64,000 bases of DNA, from positions 1 to 64,000 of IMG/VR virus record IMGVR_UViG_3300000439_000009; one strand, 5' to 3'. Position numbers and translations under genes: made by a program. The notes under the pieces were generated by a model. That model searched no databases, was not told the origin of the DNA, and saw only the letters and a list, made by a program, of their open reading frames with translations. Numbering within the stretch: the first letter of the stretch is position 1; each line of letters starts with the position of its first letter. The stretch comes from a virus (Duplodnaviria > Caudoviricetes). Below, in pieces: positions 44,761-54,935 of the stretch.

Positions 44761-47537
44761 TTGCCGAACCTCCTTCTAAGTGCTGCTATTTGTCCTACGA
44801 CAAGTGTAGTCACTAAGATTTTTTTAGCTTTCTTTCTTGTTACAGGCGACATATCATTGCCAATATTAGCCATTGCAACAAATGCTTGATTGATTGCTTG
44901 CACTCCAGGAACTGAAGCAAGTGTACCAGTTATTGGGGTTAATACCACAGGGACAGCAACATCTGGAGCATTAAAACTATCTCCCCCTGGTTGACCGATA
45001 AATGTATCAGCAGTAGTGATTGCATCTGCAGGAATAGGTAAACCAGATCCTGGAGGTGGGGCAGGAGGTGTAAGATGACCATCTTCTCCAACAACTTGAG
45101 GTGCACTTTGTGTACCAAAGAATTGAATACCGCCATTTTCTACTCCTTTTACATCTACTTGAATATGTGGAACTAAAACTTCTGCTGGAGCAGGCTTTGG
45201 AATGTCAGTTGGCAGTTGTGCGGGATTGTTTGGAACGACGCCAGTTGATGCCACTAACGCTTTGTCTGCTGCTACTTTGTCTGCTGCTACTTTGTCTGCT
45301 GCTTGATGTGCAGCTTTATCTGCTTCTGCTTTAGCAGCATCAGCTTTTGCCTGTGCATCTTTTTGTGCTTGTATAGCAGCATCCTGTGCGGCTTTTGCAT
45401 CTTTTGCTTGTTGCTCTTTAGCTGCTTGTTCAGCAGCAATTCTATCCGCTTCTGCTTTTTGTTTATCTGCTTCTGCTTTAGCATTTGCAGATTCTTGTGC
45501 AGCTTTTGCTGCCTCATCTTTAGCTTTTTGTTCTGCTAGTGCAGCATCTTGTTCGGCTTTTGCTTTTGCGTCCGCCTCTGCTTTAGCAGCGTCTGCTGCT
45601 GCTTGAGCATCTTTTGCTGCTTGAATTTTTGCGTCTTCTGCTGCTTTGTCTGCTGCTGCTTGTGCTTCTTTGGCTGCTTGTTCAGCAGCAATACGTGCAT
45701 CTTCTGCAGCCTTGGCTTCCGCTGCTGCTTTTTCATTTGCTGCTTGCTGTGCAGTTGCTGCTGCATCTGCTGCAGCTTTATCTGCTGCTGCTTGTTCTGC
45801 CAATGCTTGTGCTCTTGCTGCCCTAGCTTCTGCATCTGCTTTTTGTTGTGCAGCTAATGCTGCGTCAGATGCTGCTTTATCGGCTGCTGCTTGTGCTATT
45901 GCAGCTTGACGATCTGTTTCTGCTTTAATTGCTGCTTGTCTTGCAGCCTCTGCCTCTGCAGCAAGTCTTGCTTGTTCTGCATAATAATCTTGTGTAACAG
46001 TAACTGCATTTCCAGTAGCAGTATTTGCATCTTGAACAGCAACAGTTGCAGTATCTGCAAGAGAGTTAGCAGTTTGCAATGTAGCATTTGCTGTATTTTG
46101 AGCATCTGTTAAATTTTGTTTTTGTATAGACAAATTTTCCTGTGCTGTTGTTAGATCTCTTTGTGCTAAATTATATGCTTGTTGTGCTGCATCTATAACA
46201 GATTGTTGGGCATTTACATCATTAACTGCATCGTGAAGTGCTTGTACTGCTTGTGCTACTACCTGTGCTTGTGCATCATATGCATTTTGAGCAGAAGTTA
46301 AATTAATTTGTGCTGTAGATACTGAAGCGGTCAATGTTGGATTTGGAGCAGAAGTAGTAGATATTACATGACTAAAATTAGTTGATGTAGGGGATGTAAA
46401 ATATTGATTATTAATCATATAACCTAAAGTTACTCCAGCACCTCCGCCATTTTCATAATACCAAAGAATAATATCTTGCGTTGTGCCAGCGGTAATATCA
46501 AATGATTGACTATAAGGACTCCAAGCTAATCCTTGATCTCTCCAGTTATTAATAACTAAATTACCATCAATATAAAGTTTTGATCCATCGTCTGAGTAAA
46601 CAGCATATTTAACAACTGTTGCATCTGACGGTAATGTAATCTTGCCTTCAAATTTTACAATTACATGATCTGATAATCCAGAATTAAGTATTTGACCACT
46701 TCCCCAATTATAAGTAATCTGAGGTACTGTCAGAACCTCTACTGGAGTAGCATTTGCAGCGGGGAGTGCAGGAGAGGCACCATTTGCTGCATGATAAACT
46801 GTTGCTATAAGTCCTGGTTGAGTAACATCAACAGTTGTTAATGGAGCAGAATTCAGTGCAGTTTGGGCATTTGTTAAATCAGTTTGGGCATTATTTAGGT
46901 CTGTTGATTTTTGATCAAAGGTAGAATTTTCAGCATTTGCTGTAGATTGTGCATTTGATGCAGTAGATTGTAAATCTGGCAACTTAGCAGTTTCGGTTGT
47001 TAGAATAGTTTGAGCATCAACCGCTTTAACTGTAGCGGTATCTACAGTAGTAACGGCTTGCGTTACTATTGCTGTTTGTGTATCCACTGTAGCAATTGCT
47101 GTTTGTGCAACCTGTGTTGCAGCTGTAGCAGAATCAATTGTTTGTTGAGCTATTTGAATTTTAGTATTTGCTTCAGCAACAGCAGATGCCATGGGTTCTT
47201 GTGTAGTAGCTATAGAAATTGCTGTTGAGGTATCTGTATTGGGAACGTTTGCTTGAATTGTTGAAATTATTGCATTCCCGTTTGCTTCTGAAGTTGTTTG
47301 AAGGCTTGAAATGGCTGCATTAATTTTATTTTCTATAACAGCAACTGTAACAGTTGATGTATCAATAACAGCATTTACTGTTGAAGTATCTGTTATAGCA
47401 ATTGGAATATCTGAGACGGGTTGGGAAGTATCTGTGGCAACGGGTGCATCATCGGCATGTGCTTTATTAGACGGGAAAAGAAATAGCAACCCTGTTATAA
47501 ACAAGGCTGCTATTATAAATTTAATCTTTCTGGTCAT
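44757..47537 (-). CDS. Secreted/membrane-anchored PA14-domain protein with TolA-like Ala-rich coiled coil
   Basis: Signal peptide (AHA-D); YSDDGSKLYIDG...WYYENGGGA PA14 motif; AEQAAK repeats; hydrophobic/basic C-terminus. Confidence 0.8.
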   Translation of the reverse strand: MTRKIKFIIAALFITGLLFLFPSNKAHADDAPVATDTSQPVSDIPIAITDTSTVNAVIDTSTVTVAVIENKINAAISSLQTTSEANGNAIISTIQANVPNTDTSTAISIATTQEPMASAVAEANTKIQIAQQTIDSATAATQVAQTAIATVDTQTAIVTQAVTTVDTATVKAVDAQTILTTETAKLPDLQSTASNAQSTANAENSTFDQKSTDLNNAQTDLTNAQTALNSAPLTTVDVTQPGLIATVYHAANGASPALPAANATPVEVLTVPQITYNWGSGQILNSGLSDHVIVKFEGKITLPSDATVVKYAVYSDDGSKLYIDGNLVINNWRDQGLAWSPYSQSFDITAGTTQDIILWYYENGGGAGVTLGYMINNQYFTSPTSTNFSHVISTTSAPNPTLTASVSTAQINLTSAQNAYDAQAQVVAQAVQALHDAVNDVNAQQSVIDAAQQAYNLAQRDLTTAQENLSIQKQNLTDAQNTANATLQTANSLADTATVAVQDANTATGNAVTVTQDYYAEQARLAAEAEAARQAAIKAETDRQAAIAQAAADKAASDAALAAQQKADAEARAARAQALAEQAAADKAAADAAATAQQAANEKAAAEAKAAEDARIAAEQAAKEAQAAADKAAEDAKIQAAKDAQAAADAAKAEADAKAKAEQDAALAEQKAKDEAAKAAQESANAKAEADKQKAEADRIAAEQAAKEQQAKDAKAAQDAAIQAQKDAQAKADAAKAEADKAAHQAADKVAADKVAADKALVASTGVVPNNPAQLPTDIPKPAPAEVLVPHIQVDVKGVENGGIQFFGTQSAPQVVGEDGHLTPPAPPPGSGLPIPADAITTADTFIGQPGGDSFNAPDVAVPVVLTPITGTLASVPGVQAINQAFVAMANIGNDMSPVTRKKAKKILVTTLVVGQIAALRRRFGK

Positions 47538-47600
47538 TTAGACCTCCACGTAGAAGCGTCTACATGGCTATTATACCAGAATGACTACTTAATTAGTTAT

Positions 47601-48149
47601 TTATGCTGAATACTTTGGACGACCAAAGCCAACAACAGTTGCCCATAGGTGTTTTCCATTATTTACTCTGTAACCACGAACATTAGAACATACTTCTCCA
47701 CCATTATCAGGGCTTCCTGAAGGCTTATGATCTGGAGATGTATTTCCTTCTACAGTTGTAATTGTACCGTCTCCATTATTGTGCAGAACAACACCTACAT
47801 GCTGTACTGGACTTGTTGGCAATGCATGTGGAATAAACGAGAAGAAGATTAAATCTCCTGGTTGCGGGGTGCCAGTATTGGGATCAATAATTTCTCCTGC
47901 TGTTTTGAAAGCAGCATACCCTGCTGGTGTATAAACAACATTTGGGATTGTTACGCCCGACTGGTGGGCGCACCAGTTCATGAAACTTCCGCACCATGCC
48001 TGTCCGTCATGTCCTGTAAACTTGCCATAATCTGTTTCGTTATCTTTTGGTCCTTCAACAACGCCAACTTGCGACATTGCTACTTCTAAAAATCTTGCAG
48101 CAGATCCTTGTGGATGTACTGTTACTGGTGGAACTGGTCTTGATGCCAT
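47601..48149 (-). CDS. CHAP-domain endolysin
   Basis: AWCGSF...PGDLIFF...HVGVV...TVEGNT. Confidence 0.88.
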   Translation of the reverse strand: MASRPVPPVTVHPQGSAARFLEVAMSQVGVVEGPKDNETDYGKFTGHDGQAWCGSFMNWCAHQSGVTIPNVVYTPAGYAAFKTAGEIIDPNTGTPQPGDLIFFSFIPHALPTSPVQHVGVVLHNNGDGTITTVEGNTSPDHKPSGSPDNGGEVCSNVRGYRVNNGKHLWATVVGFGRPKYSA

Positions 48150-48424
48150 TATTTTACCTCTTTCGTGTGAAATACATTCACTTTAATTTTATTTTTAAAC
48201 GATTTAGCTTCTGATATCCACTTATTAATATTAAATAAATATACAGAAATATAAATTGTGGAGCCAAATATAAAGCCCCACTGTTTAGTTTGAATACTAT
48301 ATGCTACCCAAGCACATTCTGTACAGATACCGACTGCGTATCCCCGCCAATTTTTACGTCCAGTAAGATATATACCAACAACTCCGATTGCTGATAAAGC
48401 CCATGACCATATTTGTGTATTCAT
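48149..48424 (-). CDS. PnuC-like small membrane protein
   Basis: WSWAL..IGVVGIYLTGRK.WRG...W..Y. Confidence 0.5.
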   Translation of the reverse strand: MNTQIWSWALSAIGVVGIYLTGRKNWRGYAVGICTECAWVAYSIQTKQWGFIFGSTIYISVYLFNINKWISEAKSFKNKIKVNVFHTKEVK

Positions 48425-48485
48425 TCTACCTCCTATTATACCAAAAGGGCGGAACAATTAAGTTCCGCCCCCAAGGTTGTATTAT

Positions 48486-49607
48486 TTACTTAACTGCTGC
48501 AAACTTGTACTTCTTAGCCTGAGCGTTATACTTAGCAACTAGTGCAAGATAAGCCTTATTAAGAGTAGCAAGGTCAGAAGCATGTGTTGCCTTCTCGAGT
48601 GTAAGGGCAGTTGTAGCAGCATCTAGGGCAGACTTTGCATCTGCTGATGCCTTATCTGATGCTACCTTATCGGCTGCACGTCCTGCTTTTTCTGCTGTAA
48701 GGGCTGCAAGGTCATTAGCATGTGCCACCTTTTCTGCTGCAAGTGCAGCATCTGAACTAGCCTTTGCAGAATTTGCTGCTGCAAGCTGTGCATTCAATGC
48801 AACAATCTGTGCACCAAGATCAGATACATTAAATGTTGCAATTGCTGACTTGACTGCTGCAGGAAGACCTGTTGCAGTTGCTGCGATTGAAGCATCTGTT
48901 GCAACTACGGTCACTGATCCCGCTACTGCTGTAGCAAGTGTTCCTGTTGCTGATCCTAGTACTGTGACTGGAGTTACTCCTGCTGCAGATGTTACAGAAG
49001 CAGTTGTAAGGGTCTTTGTAATTGATGCATCAGAGAATGTTGCACCGATCAAAGTTACAGAAACAGCCTCAGATGCAACTGGGTTTCCAAATACGTCTGT
49101 TGCTGAAACAGAAATTGTTGGAATAGTTCCGACTGATGTTGCTGAAGGGACTGCGACTGCAACGTTTGCTGCAACGCCTGCTGTACCCTTAATGTAAACA
49201 ATTGTTGAATATGCACCATTTGTAATGGTAACTGATCCAACAGAAGTTGAAGTTGTGTATGCATATACTGTCACTGCAGCACCTGTTGATGTTACAGAAA
49301 TTGATGATGTGCCTGATGCAACAGAAACTGGTGCAAGGGTTGTGTTCAATGCTGAAACAAGCTTTACGCCTGATGCAACAAATGAAACTGATGTTGCAGT
49401 ATCTGCTGTAGCAGCAAGTGCTACGGTATTTGATGAATCAATTACATTTGATACTGGGACGGCTACTGATACTGGAGCAGTCGCTGTTGTTGTGTTTGTT
49501 GATCCAGCAACAGTTACCGCAAGCGGTGCTGCATGTGCTGAAGTTGAGATGCCTGCGATTGCAAGAGCTGCAGCTGCTGCAATAGCGATCTTCTTTGTTA
49601 CGTTCAT
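48486..49607 (-). CDS. Secreted Ig-like/S-layer-like surface protein with coiled-coil tail
   Basis: KKIAIAAAAALA...AHA signal peptide; ATDVFGNPV motif. Confidence 0.6.
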   Translation of the reverse strand: MNVTKKIAIAAAAALAIAGISTSAHAAPLAVTVAGSTNTTTATAPVSVAVPVSNVIDSSNTVALAATADTATSVSFVASGVKLVSALNTTLAPVSVASGTSSISVTSTGAAVTVYAYTTSTSVGSVTITNGAYSTIVYIKGTAGVAANVAVAVPSATSVGTIPTISVSATDVFGNPVASEAVSVTLIGATFSDASITKTLTTASVTSAAGVTPVTVLGSATGTLATAVAGSVTVVATDASIAATATGLPAAVKSAIATFNVSDLGAQIVALNAQLAAANSAKASSDAALAAEKVAHANDLAALTAEKAGRAADKVASDKASADAKSALDAATTALTLEKATHASDLATLNKAYLALVAKYNAQAKKYKFAAVK

Positions 49608-49629
49608 TGTTTTCCTTTTCTTTAGTAGG

Positions 49630-49875
49630 TTATTTTCCTAGGTTTTTACCTAATAGTTTAGGCAAATCTAACATTCCCTGCTTTAGGGCATCAAGCTCTT
49701 TTTTAAGCTTGGCATTTTCTTTGCGAAGGTCTTCCGCAATAGATTCTATTCTATCACATTGTATTTGTTTTGTCTCTATGGCTTCAATATACCAGCTTAA
49801 TTTTTGCTGAGAATCATGATATAAAGACTCATAATCAATCTTAGTTTTATTACTCTTCAGTAACTTAAGTTTCAT
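49630..49875 (-). CDS. Coiled-coil hypothetical protein
   Basis: ORF track. Confidence 0.55.
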   Translation of the reverse strand: MKLKLLKSNKTKIDYESLYHDSQQKLSWYIEAIETKQIQCDRIESIAEDLRKENAKLKKELDALKQGMLDLPKLLGKNLGK

Positions 49876-49880
49876 AATCC

Positions 49881-51722
49881 CTACAATATTGTAAAATTGT
49901 CTACAAAACCAGTTTCTGGATTTGGTTCTTCATCTTCTATACCAAGATAATCTTTTAGGCTTGCTGGCATATATCTGATATTTGGAGCTTTGATAGTGTT
50001 ATCTTGCTTTACATCTGATGGGCTCCCGACCACTTCTTCATCAAATGCATCATAGGAGTAAACTTGGATTTCTCCATCTCCCTTTGGTGTTAATGATATC
50101 GCATTAAAAATTGCACCGCAAGTAGCATCTGCAAGGTCTTTAGAACCTTTGCGTGGGTGATCAACCTTATCCCTTTTAACAATTCTTAATTCAAGTAATT
50201 CATCAATAATTAAAGGTAATCTAGGACCAGTTAATCTTTCTTCCATTACGCATAAAAGCATATCTTCATAGTGTTTTTTAGCCACAGAAAGGACTTCACA
50301 GTTCATTCCGTATGATTTTAACTGCTCCATCATGTCAAAAGAATTCCATCGGTCAAATGTAACTCTACGAATATTAAATCCTCTTTGTTTTAAACTAATT
50401 ATATAGTTCTTAACATCTGTAAAGTCAACAGACTTTTCTTTAGTAGGAGTCCAATATCTGATTGCATCAACAACTACAAATGGTTGTGCATCTGTATATG
50501 CGCCAGATAGTTTCATAGTAACCCACTTATCTACATGTGCCATTGATACTGCACAATGGTCATGCTTTTGTGCTAAGTCAACGTGTATATAATATGACTT
50601 TTCTGGATCTGGCACAAACCATTCTTTAAATGCATTATTTTCATCAAGGGCTATGTTTAAATTGCTAAATGCAGTTTCAACTTTTTCACGGGAATGGAAA
50701 AGTGCATCAATAGCTTCAGGAGGCATACATGCAAAACGAGATAGGGCATCTATAGGATCTGAATAGAAGTTCATAGCTAAATCTTCAATTTTAATTGTTG
50801 GGTTAATCTCCCATGTGGGACGCTTTAATGCAAATACTCTAGGCACATTATAGTTAAGGATATGATCTTCTTCCCATTCAATTGAGAATTCATTACCTTC
50901 AGTCCCCTCTGGTAAATCTTCATCTACTTTAAAAGTATGTGTACGAACTATAACTTCTTTATCTGCAACTACTTCATTATATCTTTGTTGAATATAATCA
51001 TTTTTAAAACGTGGGAATGAAAGAAGAATTACCTTTCCAAATTGTGGAAAACGAGAGTCTACAGATCCTCTAAACATCTTATAGATTGCAGAAGCAGTTT
51101 TAGATTGTTCATTACCGCTTGTTGAATCTAAATCAAAACCTGAAATTTCGTCAAGCACTGCAAATAAAAGGTTGTAACCCTCCCAAGATTCTCTTTGAGA
51201 GTGACCAGAGTGAACGGTAATTGCTTTGTCAAAAGCAATACTTCCCATCTTTGCTTCATATTTGCCATCAAACCAACGGCATCGTGTTATTCTGTTTTTA
51301 AAACCTTTAAAAAAAACCTGTTGTGCCTGTATAGCGTTTACCGCAACGTTAATAATATCAATGGAGTCTCCTGGAGGTTTGCCATAATATCTGGCTGGAT
51401 CTTTAAGACAAAGCAATAAATAAACTACATACGAACACGCAATAGTTGAAGTATAGTCTTTTCCAGAACCTTTTCCCAGCTGGAAGATAACTTCATTACA
51501 AGTTTGCCCCCATCTTTTTGCTCCATCTTCTTCTCCGTATAACTTAATTAATGTTTCTTTTTTATAAATTTGAGTTGATGCTTTGATCATTTGATATTGA
51601 TATTGTGAAAGTGGTGGCAAAGCAAGATAGTCTTTTGAAGTTACAAACTCCTCAATTTCTACTGGGGTTTCTTCAAAAGCATCTTCTTCAAGAGCACCTA
51701 AAAATTCACTAAAATCAGTCAA
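49881..51722 (-). CDS. terL: Terminase large subunit
   Basis: LGKGSGKD Walker A, VLDEI Walker B, HVDLA and KDLADA nuclease motifs. Confidence 0.9.
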   Translation of the reverse strand: MTDFSEFLGALEEDAFEETPVEIEEFVTSKDYLALPPLSQYQYQMIKASTQIYKKETLIKLYGEEDGAKRWGQTCNEVIFQLGKGSGKDYTSTIACSYVVYLLLCLKDPARYYGKPPGDSIDIINVAVNAIQAQQVFFKGFKNRITRCRWFDGKYEAKMGSIAFDKAITVHSGHSQRESWEGYNLLFAVLDEISGFDLDSTSGNEQSKTASAIYKMFRGSVDSRFPQFGKVILLSFPRFKNDYIQQRYNEVVADKEVIVRTHTFKVDEDLPEGTEGNEFSIEWEEDHILNYNVPRVFALKRPTWEINPTIKIEDLAMNFYSDPIDALSRFACMPPEAIDALFHSREKVETAFSNLNIALDENNAFKEWFVPDPEKSYYIHVDLAQKHDHCAVSMAHVDKWVTMKLSGAYTDAQPFVVVDAIRYWTPTKEKSVDFTDVKNYIISLKQRGFNIRRVTFDRWNSFDMMEQLKSYGMNCEVLSVAKKHYEDMLLCVMEERLTGPRLPLIIDELLELRIVKRDKVDHPRKGSKDLADATCGAIFNAISLTPKGDGEIQVYSYDAFDEEVVGSPSDVKQDNTIKAPNIRYMPASLKDYLGIEDEEPNPETGFVDNFTIL

Positions 51723-52239
51723 CTGATATTACCTCTACCTGATTGGTTGCGGAGGATAGCCTTCTGGCAACTTCTTGCTTGCAGTTAGGACAAGATGAAG
51801 TAACATCTCTTAATATCCCTACAAGTATCTCTTGCTTGCGTTCTGTTTCAAGTATCTGATCTGCCATCTCATTCTTTTCAAGCACACCAGCTTTTTGTAG
51901 CATGTCAATTCTTTTTCCTTCTACATCCGCTATAAGCTTGAGGGATTGGGCTTTTACATTTAAAGCTTCTTGAGCATCTGCTTGCTCTACAGTATTCCAA
52001 GCCTCTTTAATAATCATCGAGTAATGTTGGTCCGCTGCACCAAGAGCTTCTCTGGCTCTTTCACGAATACCGCTATCTCCCTGCATAAGATCACGCCAAT
52101 TTGATAGCATTTGATTTACTTGCATAGGCTTTAACGAGAATGATTTTGCAATCTGATTTACATTGTTGCCTTTAATAAACTCAGCAACAACCTTATTCAT
52201 TTGCTCAAAATGATCTGAAAGTTCTATTACATTATCCAT
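51715..52239 (-). CDS. Probable terminase small subunit (HTH)
   Basis: N-terminal HTH, helical, overlaps the terL start. Confidence 0.5.
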   Translation of the reverse strand: MDNVIELSDHFEQMNKVVAEFIKGNNVNQIAKSFSLKPMQVNQMLSNWRDLMQGDSGIRERAREALGAADQHYSMIIKEAWNTVEQADAQEALNVKAQSLKLIADVEGKRIDMLQKAGVLEKNEMADQILETERKQEILVGILRDVTSSCPNCKQEVARRLSSATNQVEVISVD

Positions 52240-52422
52240 TTATCTACCATTATCTGTTTTATAAAAGCCAGAACCTTTAAATTGGATCCCAGCTGGCGTA
52301 TATACTCTTACCATCTTATAACCGCAAGATTGACATGGCGGAATAACTTCAGGATCACTAAATGATCTAGTAACTTCTATTTTTTCTTCACACTCTACAC
52401 AGTTATATTCATAAACTGGCAC
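52240..52422 (-). CDS. FmdB-family zinc-ribbon protein
   Basis: MPVYEYNC..C...C..CG...FKGSGFYKTD. Confidence 0.85.
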   Translation of the reverse strand: MPVYEYNCVECEEKIEVTRSFSDPEVIPPCQSCGYKMVRVYTPAGIQFKGSGFYKTDNGR

Positions 52423-52574
52423 TATCTGTTCCCTCTTTTTTGTATCCCGTATTTTTCTAAATATCTAACTATTGTCATATGGCTACATCCAGCTTCTTTT
52501 GCAAGTGTAACAATATCTTTACGCTCAACTACATAACGTTTGTAAAGCCAATCTTTAGATTCATATAGCTTCAT
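52422..52574 (-). CDS. Small HTH protein (50 aa)
   Basis: WLYKRYV...LAKEAGCSHMTIVRYLEKYGI. Confidence 0.65.
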   Translation of the reverse strand: MKLYESKDWLYKRYVVERKDIVTLAKEAGCSHMTIVRYLEKYGIQKRGNR

Positions 52575-53101
52575 ATAGCTTCATTTACTGCCCACCAAGC
52601 AATACCCACTGAGTCTGTAACGTTATTGTTATCAGTATTAACTCCTAGAGTTTTAGCAAACTCAATAGTTTTTTGCTTCCTTAGTTCTCTAACTTTGTTT
52701 TTATACCAAGATTCTGTTTTTCCTGGAAAATCTTTCTTGACTGATTCTTTTTCAGCTTTTGTAAAATTAGGATTGTTGATGTAGCCCTGCCACTTAAGTG
52801 GGTGGACTTCAATAACTGTTGTATCATCGTCCATCAACTCCCCCATTATTGTACCAAACATGTAAGCCATCTTTAGTCCAGTAGCCACAGACTTAACAGA
52901 AACTGCAGCCTCTATACATATTATATCATAATCTAACTTACTTTTTAATGCTCTGACTTTGCGTTTAGCATCTAAGATTCTTTCATAAACACTAGATCCA
53001 TGAAAAACAATCTCTCCCCATTTAACTGGCTTCTTTCCTGACATTAAGCAGAAAGCTATGCTATTTGTGCTTGAGTCTATACCTAGAACTCTACTTTCCA
53101 T
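52571..53101 (-). CDS. ruvC: RuvC-like Holliday junction resolvase
   Basis: VLGIDSS...CIE...TDSVGI. Confidence 0.75.
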   Translation of the reverse strand: MESRVLGIDSSTNSIAFCLMSGKKPVKWGEIVFHGSSVYERILDAKRKVRALKSKLDYDIICIEAAVSVKSVATGLKMAYMFGTIMGELMDDDTTVIEVHPLKWQGYINNPNFTKAEKESVKKDFPGKTESWYKNKVRELRKQKTIEFAKTLGVNTDNNNVTDSVGIAWWAVNEAI

Positions 53102-53372
53102 TTAACATATCCAATAAGCCCTGACGTTCTTTTTCTTTATCTTTAGCCTTGCATACTTCACAAACTTCATCAGTAGTAAATCTATTTAATACCTGCTTAC
53201 ACCCACGTGTTTTGCAAGTAAACTTTTCTCCTGAAAGTCTAGCTTTTTTATAGTAATACTTTTCTTTTATTTTAATATTAGTAGCAATCTTGCAGCATTC
53301 GTCTGAGCAATATTTCTGATTGTGTGTCTTAGGCTTAAATTCATTTACGCAACCATTATTAGAACATATCAT
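53091..53372 (-). CDS. Cys-rich Zn-finger protein
   Basis: C...C...KYCSDEC and further CxxC pairs. Confidence 0.6.
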   Translation of the reverse strand: MICSNNGCVNEFKPKTHNQKYCSDECCKIATNIKIKEKYYYKKARLSGEKFTCKTRGCKQVLNRFTTDEVCEVCKAKDKEKERQGLLDMLNGK

Positions 53373-54151
53373 AAAGATGTCTCCATGGCGGGATACTCAA
53401 CTTCTCCCTCATCATTTTTCATATCTTTCCAGCAAACCTTTTTAACTGGACAATACTTGCAAGCACTTTGAGTTTTAGTAAAGGCTCTATTTGGCAATGT
53501 TTCAGCCAAATAAATATCATAGACACCACGAAGCCAATCAAAAACATAATCAATAAGCTTTTGGTTTTCTTCATTCATCTGAATGTTTATAAGAAGCAAA
53601 GATTGATCATTTTTGTTTTCATAAACAAAAACACCCTGATTATAACCCCACACTTTCATGTATGTTAAAAGTTGAATTCTATGGTTGTCCGACGGCTCTA
53701 GATCATATCTTTTAATAGAGTATTGTTCATCTTTAGCTGATTTAATTTCAAATGGAATCATAAGATCATTTTCAATATCTTGAACAAGACTATCCATATA
53801 TCCATGGATAGGAGGATCTTCATGCCAAGTATCTATTTCGTGAGCAATTACTTTGTAATTACCCGCCATTTTACTCATCCTGGACTGAATTCTGTCGTGA
53901 ACAAAGTTACCGTTCTCCATAGCAGCCTTTGCAGCGGGACCAGCAGTGTCTTCAAACTCTGCACCACTAAATGCTATGTACCAATATCTAGCACATTTGC
54001 CATGACCATAGCCTAAAGTGCTGGGAGAGAATGTTTTCTTTTCAGTAAACCCTGCTTTACTTTCATAAGTATTATTAAACTCTTCAATGAATCTTTTAGT
54101 ATCAAATCCATTTGGCTTCTTATGAATTTGCAGTGTTGTTATGCTTGCCAA
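53369..54151 (-). CDS. Cas4-like PD-(D/E)XK exonuclease
   Basis: SPS...C; G..VH; GYMD; EIKS; QLLTY; CKYCP....C. Confidence 0.85.
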   Translation of the reverse strand: MASITTLQIHKKPNGFDTKRFIEEFNNTYESKAGFTEKKTFSPSTLGYGHGKCARYWYIAFSGAEFEDTAGPAAKAAMENGNFVHDRIQSRMSKMAGNYKVIAHEIDTWHEDPPIHGYMDSLVQDIENDLMIPFEIKSAKDEQYSIKRYDLEPSDNHRIQLLTYMKVWGYNQGVFVYENKNDQSLLLINIQMNEENQKLIDYVFDWLRGVYDIYLAETLPNRAFTKTQSACKYCPVKKVCWKDMKNDEGEVEYPAMETSL

Positions 54152-54478
54152 TTAAACCCCATATCTGGCTGAATACTTTAAAGCATCAACTAGTTTATCT
54201 ACTGCTTCTGCTGCTGTGTAATATGCATTTTTCCTCTTAGAGGATTCCCCGCCTTTTTCAAAGGTGGTGTAGTAACGTGCTTGAATTGCAAACTTAGAAC
54301 TTATAGCCTGAAGTTTAACAATTAAGTCTGGAGCTTTGGTTGAAGGAACATCTGGCTTTGCAATTAGTTTAATTATTAAAGACATAGCTTCATCTAAATC
54401 TTTATCCTGCATATACTCAGAAAGATCGTTAAATTCCGTTACAGCACTTAGCTGCTCTAAGATTGTTGTTTCCGCCAT
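54152..54478 (-). CDS. Hypothetical helical protein
   Basis: ORF track; GGAGG RBS. Confidence 0.65.
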   Translation of the reverse strand: MAETTILEQLSAVTEFNDLSEYMQDKDLDEAMSLIIKLIAKPDVPSTKAPDLIVKLQAISSKFAIQARYYTTFEKGGESSKRKNAYYTAAEAVDKLVDALKYSARYGV

Positions 54479-54765
54479 GCTTCCTCCATCTGCTCAAATA
54501 ATGCCCATTCAATTACTGCAAGTCTTGTTTTTTGACCAGTCTCACCAAGTATAAGTTTAAGAACTGGATATTTTTCTCTAGAAACTTTGAACGTATCTGT
54601 ACATATCTTTGCCCAAATTTCTTTGCTAATAGAGATGGACTTTGAATATTCTTTATAGTCAACCACAAAATCATGCCATGTAGCATCTCCCTTTTGATAG
54701 TCCCCACGTCCAGAATTTTTTTGCGCTTTAGCACCATCTCTTTTTACTTCTCCACGCTCTGACAT
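54457..54765 (-). CDS. Small PD-(D/E)XK nuclease/resolvase
   Basis: NSG...KGD...VVDYK. Confidence 0.6.
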   Translation of the reverse strand: MSERGEVKRDGAKAQKNSGRGDYQKGDATWHDFVVDYKEYSKSISISKEIWAKICTDTFKVSREKYPVLKLILGETGQKTRLAVIEWALFEQMEEAWRKQQS

Positions 54766-54935
54766 TTTATCCTAACTGATGTTCTGATCTATGACCTTGA
54801 GAGCATATCCAAAAAAACATTGCTTTGTTGTTGTCCCACCAAGCGTGATCCATATCTTCTTTGCAGTACTTACACCCGTAAGTACCAAATATCTTTTCAC
54901 ATCCTGGCTGATCTTTGCTTACAAAATTACTAAAC

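Noticed and set aside
45101-47541. Cys/Leu-rich plus-strand and alternative-frame ORFs (also within 1-9 kb and 48.8-49.8 kb)
   Set aside because: Shadows of Ala-rich GCW-codon repeats in the real minus-strand genes.
53369-54151. Cas4-like gene as part of a CRISPR system
   Set aside because: No repeat-spacer array or other cas genes; it lies in the recombination module.
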